Shown here one piece after another: positions 8,636-18,109 of a stretch of 24,199 bases of DNA. The position numbers and the translations under genes are program-made. This DNA comes from a virus. Its lineage: Duplodnaviria; Heunggongvirae; Uroviricota; Caudoviricetes. Under the pieces are notes generated by a model that was not told where the DNA came from, searched no databases, and saw only the letters and a list, made by a program, of their open reading frames with translations. Numbering within the stretch: position 1 is the first letter of the stretch; every line of letters starts with the position of its first letter. Location of the stretch: IMG/VR virus record IMGVR_UViG_3300000288_000064. One strand, given 5' to 3'.

Positions 8636-9692
8636 TTGGTGGGAAATAAAAAATAGCACGGGTGAAGATGACTCTCCGGCTGAACTTTTAATTTACGGGT
8701 ATATTGGTGAATTTGATGAGGTTTCTTCTTCTGACATAGTTAATAAATTAAAGGATATTTCATCAAATACTATCAACGTAAAAATTAATAGTTATGGTGG
8801 TTCTGTTTTTACTGCTCAAGCTATTCTTTCATCATTAAAGCGTCATAAGGCGAATATTACGGTTTATATCGACGGGATTGCTGCATCGGCTGCAACTATT
8901 ATTGCAATGGCGGGTGATAAAATTATTATCCCATCTAATGCTATGATGATGATCCATAATCCGTGGATATTTGCTGCTGGCGATGCGGATGAATTGCGTG
9001 ATATTGCTGAGATGATGGATAAGATACGCAATAGTATTTTATCTGCATATAAGGAGAAAACAGGGCTTTCTGAGGATAAATTAATTGAACTAATGGATCA
9101 GGAAACATGGCTAAATGCAGAAGAGGCTGTAGAGCTTGGATTTGCTGACGAAGTTGAAAAACCAATACGCTTATCCGCTTCTATAAAGGAAGGGATGCTT
9201 TCGCTTAATGGAATAACTTTTGAAGCATCAAGGTTTTCAAAATTACCTGATTCACTCGCAAAGTTGCCGCAAAATAAAAATGAGTTATCTACTGAATCAA
9301 ATGAACAAAATGAGGACGATATTGTGACTCTTGATGAATTAAAAAATAAATATCCAGAATTATACAATCAGGTTTTTAATGCTGGTAAAGACGAGGGCGT
9401 TAAATCAGAACGCGAGCGCATTGAAACAATCGAGAATAGCGTGATTCCTGGTCATGACGACCTGGTTAAGAATGCAAAATTCAAAACAGGAGTTTCTGCG
9501 GCTGAACTTGCTTTGGAAATTATGAATGCAGAGCGAGCGCGTAACAAAAACTTTCTTAATCAACGGCAAGAAGACGCAAGTGAGGTGAATGATTCAGTTG
9601 ATGTTAATCAACCAGAAAACAACGGCAACAAACAGGCTGAAGCAGTAAAAAATGTTATTGGGTCAGTATTTAAAAACCGCGATAAAAATTAA
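8604..9692 (+). CDS. prohead protease (ClpP/S14-like) with C-terminal scaffold-like extension
   Basis: N-terminal half matches the ClpP-like serine protease fold (YGYIGEF...INSYGGSVFTAQAI...IDGIAASAATIIAMAGDK...MMMIHNPW); C-terminal about 170 aa is acidic and helical-looking. The true start may be ATG 8625 or 8628, after GGAG at 8617..8620. Confidence 0.85.
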   Translation: MNKIWRLMMPNWWEIKNSTGEDDSPAELLIYGYIGEFDEVSSSDIVNKLKDISSNTINVKINSYGGSVFTAQAILSSLKRHKANITVYIDGIAASAATIIAMAGDKIIIPSNAMMMIHNPWIFAAGDADELRDIAEMMDKIRNSILSAYKEKTGLSEDKLIELMDQETWLNAEEAVELGFADEVEKPIRLSASIKEGMLSLNGITFEASRFSKLPDSLAKLPQNKNELSTESNEQNEDDIVTLDELKNKYPELYNQVFNAGKDEGVKSERERIETIENSVIPGHDDLVKNAKFKTGVSAAELALEIMNAERARNKNFLNQRQEDASEVNDSVDVNQPENNGNKQAEAVKNVIGSVFKNRDKN

Positions 9693-9701
9693 GGTGAGTT
9701 T

Positions 9702-10085
9702 ATGCGAGAGTCTTTTTCATTTGAACCAGATAATCTGATTATTTCTGGTGGTATGCCAGCAATTCCAGCAAGTATTAAACTTGCCAGCGGTAAAGTAAAA
9801 CGGGGTGAGTTACTTGCTTTTGTCAGTATTGATCAGACAACAAATGTTGTCACTGTGGCGCCAATAAATCTCTCTGGTGAAGGGGAGGCAAAAGAACCGT
9901 ATTGTATCGCTCAACACAATATTGATGCGACTGATTCAGCGCAAGTCGGAACAGCATGGCTGACCGGAATGTTCAATGCACATGCGGTTATCCTTCCTGA
10001 ATCAGCAAAAGTTGCCGATGTATATCTGGCTTGCCGGAAGGTTGGAATATTCCTTAATACCGCACAACAAAATCCATCTGCATAA
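9702..10085 (+). CDS. head decoration protein (lambda D-like)
   Basis: 127 aa directly upstream of the major capsid gene; size and position match the lambda D family; AAGGTGAG RBS. Confidence 0.65.
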   Translation: MRESFSFEPDNLIISGGMPAIPASIKLASGKVKRGELLAFVSIDQTTNVVTVAPINLSGEGEAKEPYCIAQHNIDATDSAQVGTAWLTGMFNAHAVILPESAKVADVYLACRKVGIFLNTAQQNPSA

Positions 10086-10105
10086 TATAAAGAGGTCGTA
10101 TTTTT

Positions 10106-11149
10106 ATGCCGAATATTGATATTTTTGAACGACGTACGATGCTTGAGCCTGTTATTCAGAATTTCAAGGCTCGTCGTTTTCTTCTTCGTACCTTTTTTCC
10201 TGGTGTTCAGACCTTTAATACAAAGAAAGTTGATCTGGATTTTGTTCGCGGTGGCCGTACTATGGCTCCGTTTGTTGGTAAAGGTTTTGGCTCAAAAACC
10301 GTTGAGCGACGCGGCTTTGTAACGAGAACTCTGGAGCCACCACTTGTTGCACCTGATTTGGTAACAACAGCCGAGCTGCTTTTAAACAGGCTTCCGGGTG
10401 AGAATATTTACAACGCAAAATCGCCAGCAGAACGAGCCGCCGAGCAATTAGGTAAAGATTTGCTTGAGCTTGATGAAATGGTTAACCGCCGTGAAGAATG
10501 GATGTGTGCACAAGTCTTGTTTACGGGGCAGGTTGATATTGTTGGTGAAGGAGTGGATGACACAGTTTATTTTTGGCCTGAAGAGGAAGGAGATAAACCA
10601 TATCTTGAACTGACAGGTGATGATTTATGGAGTGCAGCAAAATCAGATCCGTTAGTCAATGTTCGCAACTGGAAACGTCGGGTATCACTAACTTCAGGTT
10701 TTACACCTCGTGTTGCCGTAATGGGCGCAAAAGTTGTTGATGCCTTCGTTAAAAATGAAGCAGTAACTAAATATCTTGATAATCGCCGAAAAGAGCTTGG
10801 GTATATTGAGCCTAAAGAGTTAGAAGAAGGCGTAACTCATTATGGCAATCTTGAAGGTGTCGATTTTTATGGTTACGACGAACTTATTCGCAATGATAAA
10901 ACAGGAAAACCTGAACCATTAGTACCGGAAGATAAGATCCTCTTTGGCTCTCCTGGTCGAGGAACGATGCTGTATGGTGCTGTAGAGCTTGTAGATGACG
11001 CCGAAAAGACTCTAACGATTGTTGAGTCACCACGAGTTCCAGACACTTGGGTAACTCGTAAGCCGGCTGGCCGTTATGTTGCCATGAAGTCATCTCCACT
11101 GCCTAATCCTGGTGTGGCTGATGCCTATCTGGTGGCTAAGGTGGTTTAA
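10106..11149 (+). CDS. major capsid protein (lambda E family)
   Basis: 347 aa; N-terminal FLLRTFFPG and LNRLPGEN segments align by eye with lambda gpE (FLRLFFRES; LRRLPDED); AAGAGG RBS. Confidence 0.9.
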   Translation: MPNIDIFERRTMLEPVIQNFKARRFLLRTFFPGVQTFNTKKVDLDFVRGGRTMAPFVGKGFGSKTVERRGFVTRTLEPPLVAPDLVTTAELLLNRLPGENIYNAKSPAERAAEQLGKDLLELDEMVNRREEWMCAQVLFTGQVDIVGEGVDDTVYFWPEEEGDKPYLELTGDDLWSAAKSDPLVNVRNWKRRVSLTSGFTPRVAVMGAKVVDAFVKNEAVTKYLDNRRKELGYIEPKELEEGVTHYGNLEGVDFYGYDELIRNDKTGKPEPLVPEDKILFGSPGRGTMLYGAVELVDDAEKTLTIVESPRVPDTWVTRKPAGRYVAMKSSPLPNPGVADAYLVAKVV

Positions 11150-11542
11150 ATGGCCAGACTGATTAAAAACATTGATACGATAAGCCACGGCTCGCTAAAA
11201 GCGGGCCGTTTGCTTAATGGGCTAATGGATAACTCCAGAATTGCCGAACTGATTGCGTCAGGACATGCTATTGCCACCGAAGAGGATGGTGATTTGGCAT
11301 CGGCTGGGGGCTATGATGCTGCTAAGTTAGCTTTTGAGCATGGATACGCATCTGCTGTTAATGATGCTGTGGACGCGGGGTTGATTACGCGAACGGAGGC
11401 GGGTAGCTGTGTATTCGAGGTTGAGTTTGAGGATGATGGCGGCAATGAGGAAATGGTTGCTGATGATTCATCTGAATCTGTAGCTACTTCTGATACCAGT
11501 AATGCGAAAAAATCAACGCAAAAAAAAGGTAATAAGAAGTAA
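11150..11542 (+). CDS. hypothetical protein (130 aa), positionally equivalent to lambda FI
   Basis: Coupled to the capsid stop; acidic C-terminal segment followed by a Lys-rich tail (KKSTQKKGNKK). No recognisable motif. Confidence 0.5.
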   Translation: MARLIKNIDTISHGSLKAGRLLNGLMDNSRIAELIASGHAIATEEDGDLASAGGYDAAKLAFEHGYASAVNDAVDAGLITRTEAGSCVFEVEFEDDGGNEEMVADDSSESVATSDTSNAKKSTQKKGNKK

Positions 11543-11886
11543 TGAACTCCTTCAAAGAGGTTATAGCGCAAGATATTTCTGCAATATTCCTCAATGAAAA
11601 AGAGTTTGCCGATACATATAACATAGACGGCAAGGATATCCTTGCCGTTATTGATACAGACCTTATTCATGAGCGGAATAAACGCTCATATGCTGAGTTT
11701 GCAGAGGGAATAAATCAGGGGCAAATAATATTATTTGTTTCAAGAAAAGATTTTCCTGTTCTCCCTGTCAAAGACCAGTCAATGAAAATCAACGGTAAAA
11801 ATTATATTGTTGATGAAGTATCAGATAATGTTGGTGTATTGGAAATAACTCTCACTGTTAATACTAACAGAGGAATGCCGATTTGA
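11542..11886 (+). CDS. putative head-tail joining protein (lambda FII-like)
   Basis: 114 aa; C-terminal pattern KINGKNYIVDEVSDNVGVLEITL resembles lambda FII (TIGEENFWVDRVSPDDGGSCHLWL); TAATG overlap upstream. Confidence 0.5.
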   Translation: MNSFKEVIAQDISAIFLNEKEFADTYNIDGKDILAVIDTDLIHERNKRSYAEFAEGINQGQIILFVSRKDFPVLPVKDQSMKINGKNYIVDEVSDNVGVLEITLTVNTNRGMPI

Positions 11887-12368
11887 TTAATCTTTTGATA
11901 GATGCAATAAAAAATCGGTTGGAACATGAGGTTTTCCATGATTTATTAGTGCAGGGGCCTCCTTATGATGAAACAGACAGCGATATTAAATTGTTTGTTC
12001 CAACAATATTTAAAGGGTACTTGCCTCCTAAATCACAACCATCTCCAGATAAACCGCCAGAATTTCCTCATGTGATTATCAGGCCCACGGAAGGAGGAAT
12101 GCAGCCTGAAACGGATGAAGTTAAGGTTAAGTTTCTTCTAGGTGGTTTTTGTGAGGACCATACTGGATATGAATGGGTAATGGCTCTTCTTGAAAGGATG
12201 ATGTTTCATTTTCAGGAGAAGCCTTTACTTGAAGAGAAATTTCTCTTTCAGGGTGATATCAGATGGCGAATGTTTGATGATCAACCATATCCATATTGGA
12301 TAACGGAAGCAACTGGAACGTGGCTAGTATTAAAGCCTCAGAATATTCAGTCTCAGGAGTTTATCTAA
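11883..12368 (+). CDS. hypothetical protein (161 aa), possible neck or tail-completion protein
   Basis: ORF with TTG start overlapping the upstream stop, AGAGGA about 9 nt upstream; assignment is positional only. Confidence 0.4.
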   Translation: MINLLIDAIKNRLEHEVFHDLLVQGPPYDETDSDIKLFVPTIFKGYLPPKSQPSPDKPPEFPHVIIRPTEGGMQPETDEVKVKFLLGGFCEDHTGYEWVMALLERMMFHFQEKPLLEEKFLFQGDIRWRMFDDQPYPYWITEATGTWLVLKPQNIQSQEFI

Positions 12369-12659
12369 ATGGCTAATAAGAAAAGTAGTAAAGAAGATAT
12401 AGAAAAGAAGGAAGATGTTGCTCAAACATTTGTATATATAGGGCCAACAATCCCTCAACTCTCAATTTTGAAGCATAAACTATTTAAGAATGGCTTATCT
12501 CCAGAGTGTGAAAAATTAATATCACATATTCCTGGTGCAAAGTGTTTGTTTGTGGCAACCAGTGATTTTTCAGATGCAGAAAAAAGACTTTCTGATAAAA
12601 CCAGTGTCGAGTATGTAATGTACTCTAGAGTTTCTTCTTCTATCATGGAGATTAAATAA
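12369..12659 (+). CDS. hypothetical protein (96 aa), low-GC, Lys/Glu/Ser-rich
   Basis: ATG-initiated ORF coupled to neighbours on both sides; no motif recognised. Confidence 0.45.
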   Translation: MANKKSSKEDIEKKEDVAQTFVYIGPTIPQLSILKHKLFKNGLSPECEKLISHIPGAKCLFVATSDFSDAEKRLSDKTSVEYVMYSRVSSSIMEIK

Positions 12660-14122
12660 TGGGATATCGCCACGGTATTTATATATCTGAGCTGGCTACA
12701 TCTATAACTCCTCCAGTACAAGTTAGTGCTGGGTTGATTGTCGCATTTGGTACAACTCCTGTTAATCAGTTAGAAGATCCAGCCTCAGCGGTAAATAAAC
12801 CTATCATTGCTTATACATACGCAGAGGCCGTATCTAAAATAGGATATAGCACAAACTTCGAGAAATATACTTTAAGCGAAGTAATTAAAGTCGCATTTGG
12901 AATATATGGTGTTGCGCCAGTTGTATTTATCAATGTGCTTGATCCAGCAAAGCATAAGAAAGACGTAACTGATGAGGTAGTAAAACTTTCTGGCGGGAAA
13001 GGTACGCTCTCTAACGATGGTGTCTTATATAAATCTGTTGTTGTGAAAAAAGCAGATGGTGATTCTCCAGGGTTAACGGTTGATACAGATTATGTACTGG
13101 CGCTGGATGATAATGGCTATACGGTCATTACCGCTATTAGCGGAGGAAAAATTACTGAAAAAGACGCCACTCTTAAGGTTAGTTATACGCATCTTGATCC
13201 CGGGGCTGTAACTAAAAACGATATTATTGGTGGTGTGGATTCCAACACTAAAGCGAATACGGGGCTTGAGTTACTGTCGGATGTTTATCCCCGCTTCAAA
13301 CTAGTTCCAGGACAAGTGATTGCGCCTGGATTTAGTTCTGATAGTGAAGTTGGCCAGCTAATGGCGGCTAAAGCTGCGCTGATTAGTGAATTGTTCAAAG
13401 CAGAAGCTATCACCGATGCGCCGACTGATAAATCTACTATCAGTGATTATTCTGCTGTTCCTGAATGGAAGCAGAACAATAATCATATGGCAGCTAACCA
13501 GACAGTGTGCTGGCCGATGGTGAAACTTGGTGACAATATTTACCATCACTCAACCCATTTAGCGGCAGCAACATGCTTGCTGGATAGTCAGTATGGTGAT
13601 ATTCCATCACGTTCTCCGTCAAATATAAAACTACAGATGGACGGTGCTGTACGTAAAGATGGCAGTGAGGTATGGCTTAACATTAGCCAGGCAAACTACT
13701 TAAATGGACAGGGGATTGTAACAAGCCTTAATTTTGATGGTTGGAAATCATGGGGAAACCGTAATGCTATTTATCCAACATCTACAGACCCCAAAGACGC
13801 ATTTCGTGTTTGCCGACGTATGTTTAACTGGGTGGGTAATACGTTAATTCTTTCGCATTGGTCAAAAATAGACAATCCTGCAAACCGTCGATTAATTGAA
13901 TCGATTGTTACTAGTGCGAATATTTGGCTTAACGGCCTCACTGGTAATCAGGATATTGCAGGTGGTGTTGTTACCTTTGATCAGTCTGAAAACACGATTA
14001 CGTCATTGATGGACGGGATTGTTAAATTCCATGTAAAAATGACACCATTCTCACCTGCCAGAGATATAGAGTTCGTCATGGAATATAATCCTGATTATCT
14101 GCTGAACTTGTTTTCTGAATAA
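12659..14122 (+). CDS. contractile tail sheath protein
   Basis: 487 aa; N-terminus MGYRHGIYISE matches the characteristic sheath start (P2 FI-type, HHGVxVxE); immediately upstream of the tube gene. Confidence 0.9.
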   Translation: MGYRHGIYISELATSITPPVQVSAGLIVAFGTTPVNQLEDPASAVNKPIIAYTYAEAVSKIGYSTNFEKYTLSEVIKVAFGIYGVAPVVFINVLDPAKHKKDVTDEVVKLSGGKGTLSNDGVLYKSVVVKKADGDSPGLTVDTDYVLALDDNGYTVITAISGGKITEKDATLKVSYTHLDPGAVTKNDIIGGVDSNTKANTGLELLSDVYPRFKLVPGQVIAPGFSSDSEVGQLMAAKAALISELFKAEAITDAPTDKSTISDYSAVPEWKQNNNHMAANQTVCWPMVKLGDNIYHHSTHLAAATCLLDSQYGDIPSRSPSNIKLQMDGAVRKDGSEVWLNISQANYLNGQGIVTSLNFDGWKSWGNRNAIYPTSTDPKDAFRVCRRMFNWVGNTLILSHWSKIDNPANRRLIESIVTSANIWLNGLTGNQDIAGGVVTFDQSENTITSLMDGIVKFHVKMTPFSPARDIEFVMEYNPDYLLNLFSE

Positions 14123-14138
14123 ATAATAGGAGGTTGCT

Positions 14139-14660
14139 TTGAGCAATCAAATTCCTGAGAGACTTATTAACTTTACAGTATACGGTGAAGGAAACCGTAT
14201 TATCGGTGTTGCTGACGCAAAGCTGCCATCAATTGAGATGATGACAGAAACTGTTAGTGGTGCAGGTATCGCTGGAGAGCTTGAGAGCGGAACGCTGGGG
14301 CATTTCAAACCAATGACTGTCTCTCTTAAATGGCGAACTCTGACCTCTGCTGGTACAAAATTATTTCTATCCTCATCGCATCAGGTAGATTTTCGCGGTA
14401 GCCAGCAGGTTTATGATGCAGGAACAGGAAAATATAAAACGGTTCCTATTCGGGCTTCAATGAAGCTAAACCCTAAAAAACTGGATTTAGGTTCGCTACA
14501 GGTGGCAAAGGCTACTGATTCAGAGAATGAATTTGAAGTTCTCTATATCAAATTATTTATTGATGGAAAAGAAGTCCTGGAAATTGATAAGTTGAACTTT
14601 ATTTGTATCTTTGATGGTGAAGATATATTAAAAAGCGTTCGTGATGATTTAGGTTTATAA
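14139..14660 (+). CDS. tail tube protein (P2 FII-like)
   Basis: 173 aa; C-terminus ELVEIDKLNFICIFDGEDILKSVRDDLGL is close to P2 FII (ELVEIDTINMIEKVNGVDRLEQHRRNIGL). TTG start 5 nt after AGGAGG. Confidence 0.85.
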   Translation: MSNQIPERLINFTVYGEGNRIIGVADAKLPSIEMMTETVSGAGIAGELESGTLGHFKPMTVSLKWRTLTSAGTKLFLSSSHQVDFRGSQQVYDAGTGKYKTVPIRASMKLNPKKLDLGSLQVAKATDSENEFEVLYIKLFIDGKEVLEIDKLNFICIFDGEDILKSVRDDLGL

Positions 14661-14669
14661 GGTGACAAA

Positions 14670-14951
14670 ATGGAAACCGTTAAATTAAGTAAAGAATATC
14701 GTTTTGAAGACTTTGAGCCGGTGACTGAACTCAACCTTGATTTAGACAACCTAAAAGGCAGTGATATTTTAGAGGTATCGGACTTACTGCAATCTCAAGG
14801 GCATGTTTCAGTTCAAACATCACTTGATAATAAAGTCCATGCAGCCTTGGCTGCTCGCTGTATTGGTCGTCCAATAGAGTATCTGAATGGATTACCAGCG
14901 AAAGACTTTGTTAAAGTTTGTCAAAAGGTACAGAATTTTTTGCTCTCGTAG
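14670..14951 (+). CDS. tail assembly chaperone (P2 gpE-like), zero-frame product
   Basis: 93 aa between tube and tape measure genes; ends at TAG just past a TTTTTTG heptamer. Confidence 0.7.
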   Translation: METVKLSKEYRFEDFEPVTELNLDLDNLKGSDILEVSDLLQSQGHVSVQTSLDNKVHAALAARCIGRPIEYLNGLPAKDFVKVCQKVQNFLLS

Positions 14952-15100
14952 GTTTTGATGAGCAAAAACCTATTGATAAGCAAATAATGAGGGCCGCGAG
15001 TTCTCTATCTCAATCATCTCAATCAACACCTATATCCTACTGGCTTTCGCTTCGGTTGAGGCGAATCGTCGCATGGATTGACGTGTTTAATGAGGATTAA
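14670..15100 (+). CDS. tail assembly chaperone frameshift fusion (gpE+E-prime-like), predicted -1 product
   Basis: A -1 frame ORF (14918..15100) overlaps the 3' end of 14670..14951 and ends 5 nt before the tape measure start; the slippery heptamer sits in the overlap. Confidence 0.55.
14937..14943 (+). other. slippery heptamer T_TTT_TTG for programmed -1 ribosomal frameshift
   Basis: Read directly: zero-frame codons AAT TTT TTG at 14934..14942; a -1 slip from TTT-TTG continues into ORF 14918..15100. Confidence 0.55.
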
Positions 15101-15105
15101 TACTA

Positions 15106-17898
15106 ATGGCCAGCAATAAGAACTTTAAGCTGGCTTTTGAAATTGGCGGCAAAGTTGCCGCCTCTCTCCCCAAAAGTTTTACTACAGCTAATCAGGCTGT
15201 TGCTAAATTAAATGCAGAGCTTGCTGGATTAACGAAAGAACATGGGGAAATTCAAAAGCTACAATCTGTAAAAGTAAAGGTTGGACAGACTGCCCTCGAA
15301 TATCATAAAGCTGCCGCTCGCGTTGAAGAGTTACAGAAGCAAATAAAAAACACGGCCAATCCAACCAGAGCGATGCTTCGTGACTTTGAGAAGGCAAAAA
15401 CACATTCATCAAATTTACGAGCATCACTACGTTCTCAGCGTGAAGAACTGGCCGCTTTAAAGTCTGCCTATCAGGGAGCTGATACATCTGCCAGAGCTTT
15501 GGCCTCAAGAGAGAAAGAGCTTAAAGCCAGCATTGATCGTAATCGTGAGGCTCAGGCCCGTAGCGTTGAGCAGGTTAACCGCTACAGAACGGCTTTGGCT
15601 TTAGCCAGAGCAAATGTTCAGCAAGTGAAAAAACAGCAGGAGGAACTTAACCGGGCATTAGAAAAACAACGTATTGATAAAATTAACAGCTATAAAAATG
15701 CGTTGGCTGAAGCACGGAAAAATGTTCTTGCAGTAAAACGTGCTCAGGAGGAGTTAAACCGCGCGTTGGAAAGGCAGCGTGAATTGAAGCGAGAGCATCT
15801 TGGTGAGGCAAAGAGTCAACTTGTAAGGTCAGGATTACAAACTGGTGCTGTAGCGGCTGGTGCATTTGCTGCTGCTAACAATGCAGCAAATTTCAATCGT
15901 GAAAACAAAATGATTGGTCTTACGGCAGATATGAAGCCGGAAGAAGTTCAGGCGATGGGGCAGGCGATGCTTGTTACCGGAACGGCTACCAACCAGTTTG
16001 CATCTGATATTCAGGCCGCTCAGGGTTTTCTCGTCGCTGCTGGGCAGGATTATAAAGAGGCTCAGGCGAATCTACTAACTATTGGGCGAACAGCTACAGC
16101 TACTGGCTCTGATATCCTCGATGTCTCGAAAGCATCATTTACATTAAGTGACTCATTGAAGATTGATCCATCTCAAATGAAGTCTGCAATGGGGATTCTG
16201 GTTCAGGCAGGGAAAGAGGGGAACTTTGAATTTAAAGATATGGCCAAAAATCTTCCTGTGCTTGGTGCTCAGTTCCAGGCATTAAAAATGGGAGGTAAAG
16301 AAGCAGCCGCGACGATGGGTGCAGCTTTGCAGATAGCTCGCAAGGGGGCTGCAACTTCGGATGAGGCTGCTAATAATATGAACAACTTTTTGGCAAAAAT
16401 ACTTTCCCCTGAAACACTAAAAAAAGCAAAGAAAAATTTCGGTGTAGATTTATATAAAATTGTTACAACAGCGCAGAAAAAAGGGAAGAATCCATTCGAA
16501 GCTGCAATGCATTCTGTCATGAAAATGACTAAGAACGGAGATCAGAAGTTACTTGGTGAACTATTTGGCGATATGCAGGTTCAGAACTTTGTTCGTCCGA
16601 TGATTCAAAACTGGAAGGAATACCAGAGAATCAAAGCAACATCTCTTGGAGCTGGAAGTGCTGTTATTGACCGCGATTTTGCCAACATAACGAAAGATAA
16701 TGCGGAGCGATTGAAACAATTACGTATTCAGGCTAGCAATGCATCATTAAGTTTTGGTCAGGCCTTGCAACCTGCTTTGAATGCCGCGCTTAGTGTTTTG
16801 GTTCCGCTGATTACAAAAATTAGTGAATTTGTAGCTAACAACCCCAATTTTGTGTCTCAGATAGTGATGGCGGCAGGTGCGTTTCTAACCATGAAAAGTG
16901 TGGTTATAGCGTGTAGGGTAGCTATGCTGGCTTTATCTGTAGCGACAAAGCTAACACCCTTCGGGTGGATTCAGATGGCTATATCTGCGCTGGTTGCCGC
17001 AGGAATATTGCTCTATCAGAATTGGGATAAGATCAGAGATTATGCTGTCAGAGTTTGGCCTTCTGTTAAGGAATATACAGTTAAATCATTTGAGGCTATA
17101 AAAAACTTTATCTTAAACTTTGACCTCAATGGATGGATTATATCTATGTTTGGTAAAGCATGGGATTATCTTTCCAACATAAACTGGAGTTCGGCAGGAG
17201 TAAGAATTTACAGTACATTAATTAGTGCTTTTAAATGGATGTCTCCGCTTCCGTTCTTAATTAAAGCATTTAAAATTACAACAAATTACCTTTCTGGCAT
17301 TAACTGGAGCGAAACAGGAAAGAAAATCATAGATACACTGGTATCTGTTTTTATGCGTTTTTCACCAGTTGGACTCTTTATAAGAGCATTCCAATCTGTA
17401 ACGACTTATTTATCTGGAATAAACTGGAGTGAGTCAGGCGCAAAAATAATTGAGACGTTAATCACTGGGATAAAATCAAAAGCAAATGCTTTAATTAATG
17501 AAGTGAAAGGCGTTTTTTCTTCTGTACGTGAGTATTTACCGTTCTCTGACGCGAAAAAAGGTCCATTCTCACAGCTAACAAAGTCAGGTGGTGCAATAAT
17601 GACTACTCTGGCATCAGGTGTTAGCAGGAATAACAGCTTACAGAATGCAATAGCAAGCAAGTTCGGGCAATCAAATTTATCACCTCACGGGATATCTGCC
17701 GCTGGGACTTCTGGACCTCGCCAGAACGTTAACGCTGTGACTGGTGGAATAACCTATTCACCTGTAATCAATCTTCCGGCTGGTTCACCAAAGGAAACTG
17801 AGGCGGCAGCTAAAAGAGCATTAGATGCGGGATATTCTGATTTTGAGAAGAAATTGAGTGCTCATATGTTCCAACAACGGAGATTAAGTTTTGGATGA
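15106..17898 (+). CDS. tail tape measure protein
   Basis: 930 aa downstream of the chaperone pair; coiled-coil N-terminal third, hydrophobic segment and tandem repeats, all typical of tape measure proteins. Confidence 0.9.
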   Translation: MASNKNFKLAFEIGGKVAASLPKSFTTANQAVAKLNAELAGLTKEHGEIQKLQSVKVKVGQTALEYHKAAARVEELQKQIKNTANPTRAMLRDFEKAKTHSSNLRASLRSQREELAALKSAYQGADTSARALASREKELKASIDRNREAQARSVEQVNRYRTALALARANVQQVKKQQEELNRALEKQRIDKINSYKNALAEARKNVLAVKRAQEELNRALERQRELKREHLGEAKSQLVRSGLQTGAVAAGAFAAANNAANFNRENKMIGLTADMKPEEVQAMGQAMLVTGTATNQFASDIQAAQGFLVAAGQDYKEAQANLLTIGRTATATGSDILDVSKASFTLSDSLKIDPSQMKSAMGILVQAGKEGNFEFKDMAKNLPVLGAQFQALKMGGKEAAATMGAALQIARKGAATSDEAANNMNNFLAKILSPETLKKAKKNFGVDLYKIVTTAQKKGKNPFEAAMHSVMKMTKNGDQKLLGELFGDMQVQNFVRPMIQNWKEYQRIKATSLGAGSAVIDRDFANITKDNAERLKQLRIQASNASLSFGQALQPALNAALSVLVPLITKISEFVANNPNFVSQIVMAAGAFLTMKSVVIACRVAMLALSVATKLTPFGWIQMAISALVAAGILLYQNWDKIRDYAVRVWPSVKEYTVKSFEAIKNFILNFDLNGWIISMFGKAWDYLSNINWSSAGVRIYSTLISAFKWMSPLPFLIKAFKITTNYLSGINWSETGKKIIDTLVSVFMRFSPVGLFIRAFQSVTTYLSGINWSESGAKIIETLITGIKSKANALINEVKGVFSSVREYLPFSDAKKGPFSQLTKSGGAIMTTLASGVSRNNSLQNAIASKFGQSNLSPHGISAAGTSGPRQNVNAVTGGITYSPVINLPAGSPKETEAAAKRALDAGYSDFEKKLSAHMFQQRRLSFG
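15573..15782 (+). repeat. tandem duplication of about 33 codons inside the tape measure gene
   Basis: Protein RYRTALALARANVQQVKKQQEELNRALEKQR versus SYKNALAEARKNVLAVKRAQEELNRALERQR; the two DNA copies are clearly related. Confidence 0.6.
17158..17520 (+). repeat. three tandem repeats of about 40 codons (YLSxINWS motif) inside the tape measure gene
   Basis: AWDYLSNINWSSAG..., TNYLSGINWSETGKKIIDTL..., TYLSGINWSESGAKIIETL... recur at about 120-123-bp spacing. Confidence 0.6.
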
Positions 17899-18109
17899 TT
17901 ATAGAACGGTTCAAGGGGACTCATGGGATAGTATCGCTTTAAAGTTGTATGGTAATGAGTACCTGTCTTATCTTCTTATTGATGCTAATACTGAGCACCG
18001 CTTTACGGTGCTTTTTTCTGCGGGAATTATTCTTAAAGTTCCTGATGCTCCGGTTATGCCAATATCAGTAAACAATTTTCCTCCGTGGAGACGCAATAGT
18101 GTTACGTAA
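17891..18109 (+). CDS. tail protein X-like (LysM-like, P2 gpX family)
   Basis: 72 aa; MDDYRTVQGDSWDSIALKLYG aligns from residue 1 with P2 gpX (MKTFALQGDTLDAICVRYYG). TTG start 7 nt after GGAGA, overlapping the tape measure stop. Confidence 0.6.
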   Translation: MDDYRTVQGDSWDSIALKLYGNEYLSYLLIDANTEHRFTVLFSAGIILKVPDAPVMPISVNNFPPWRRNSVT

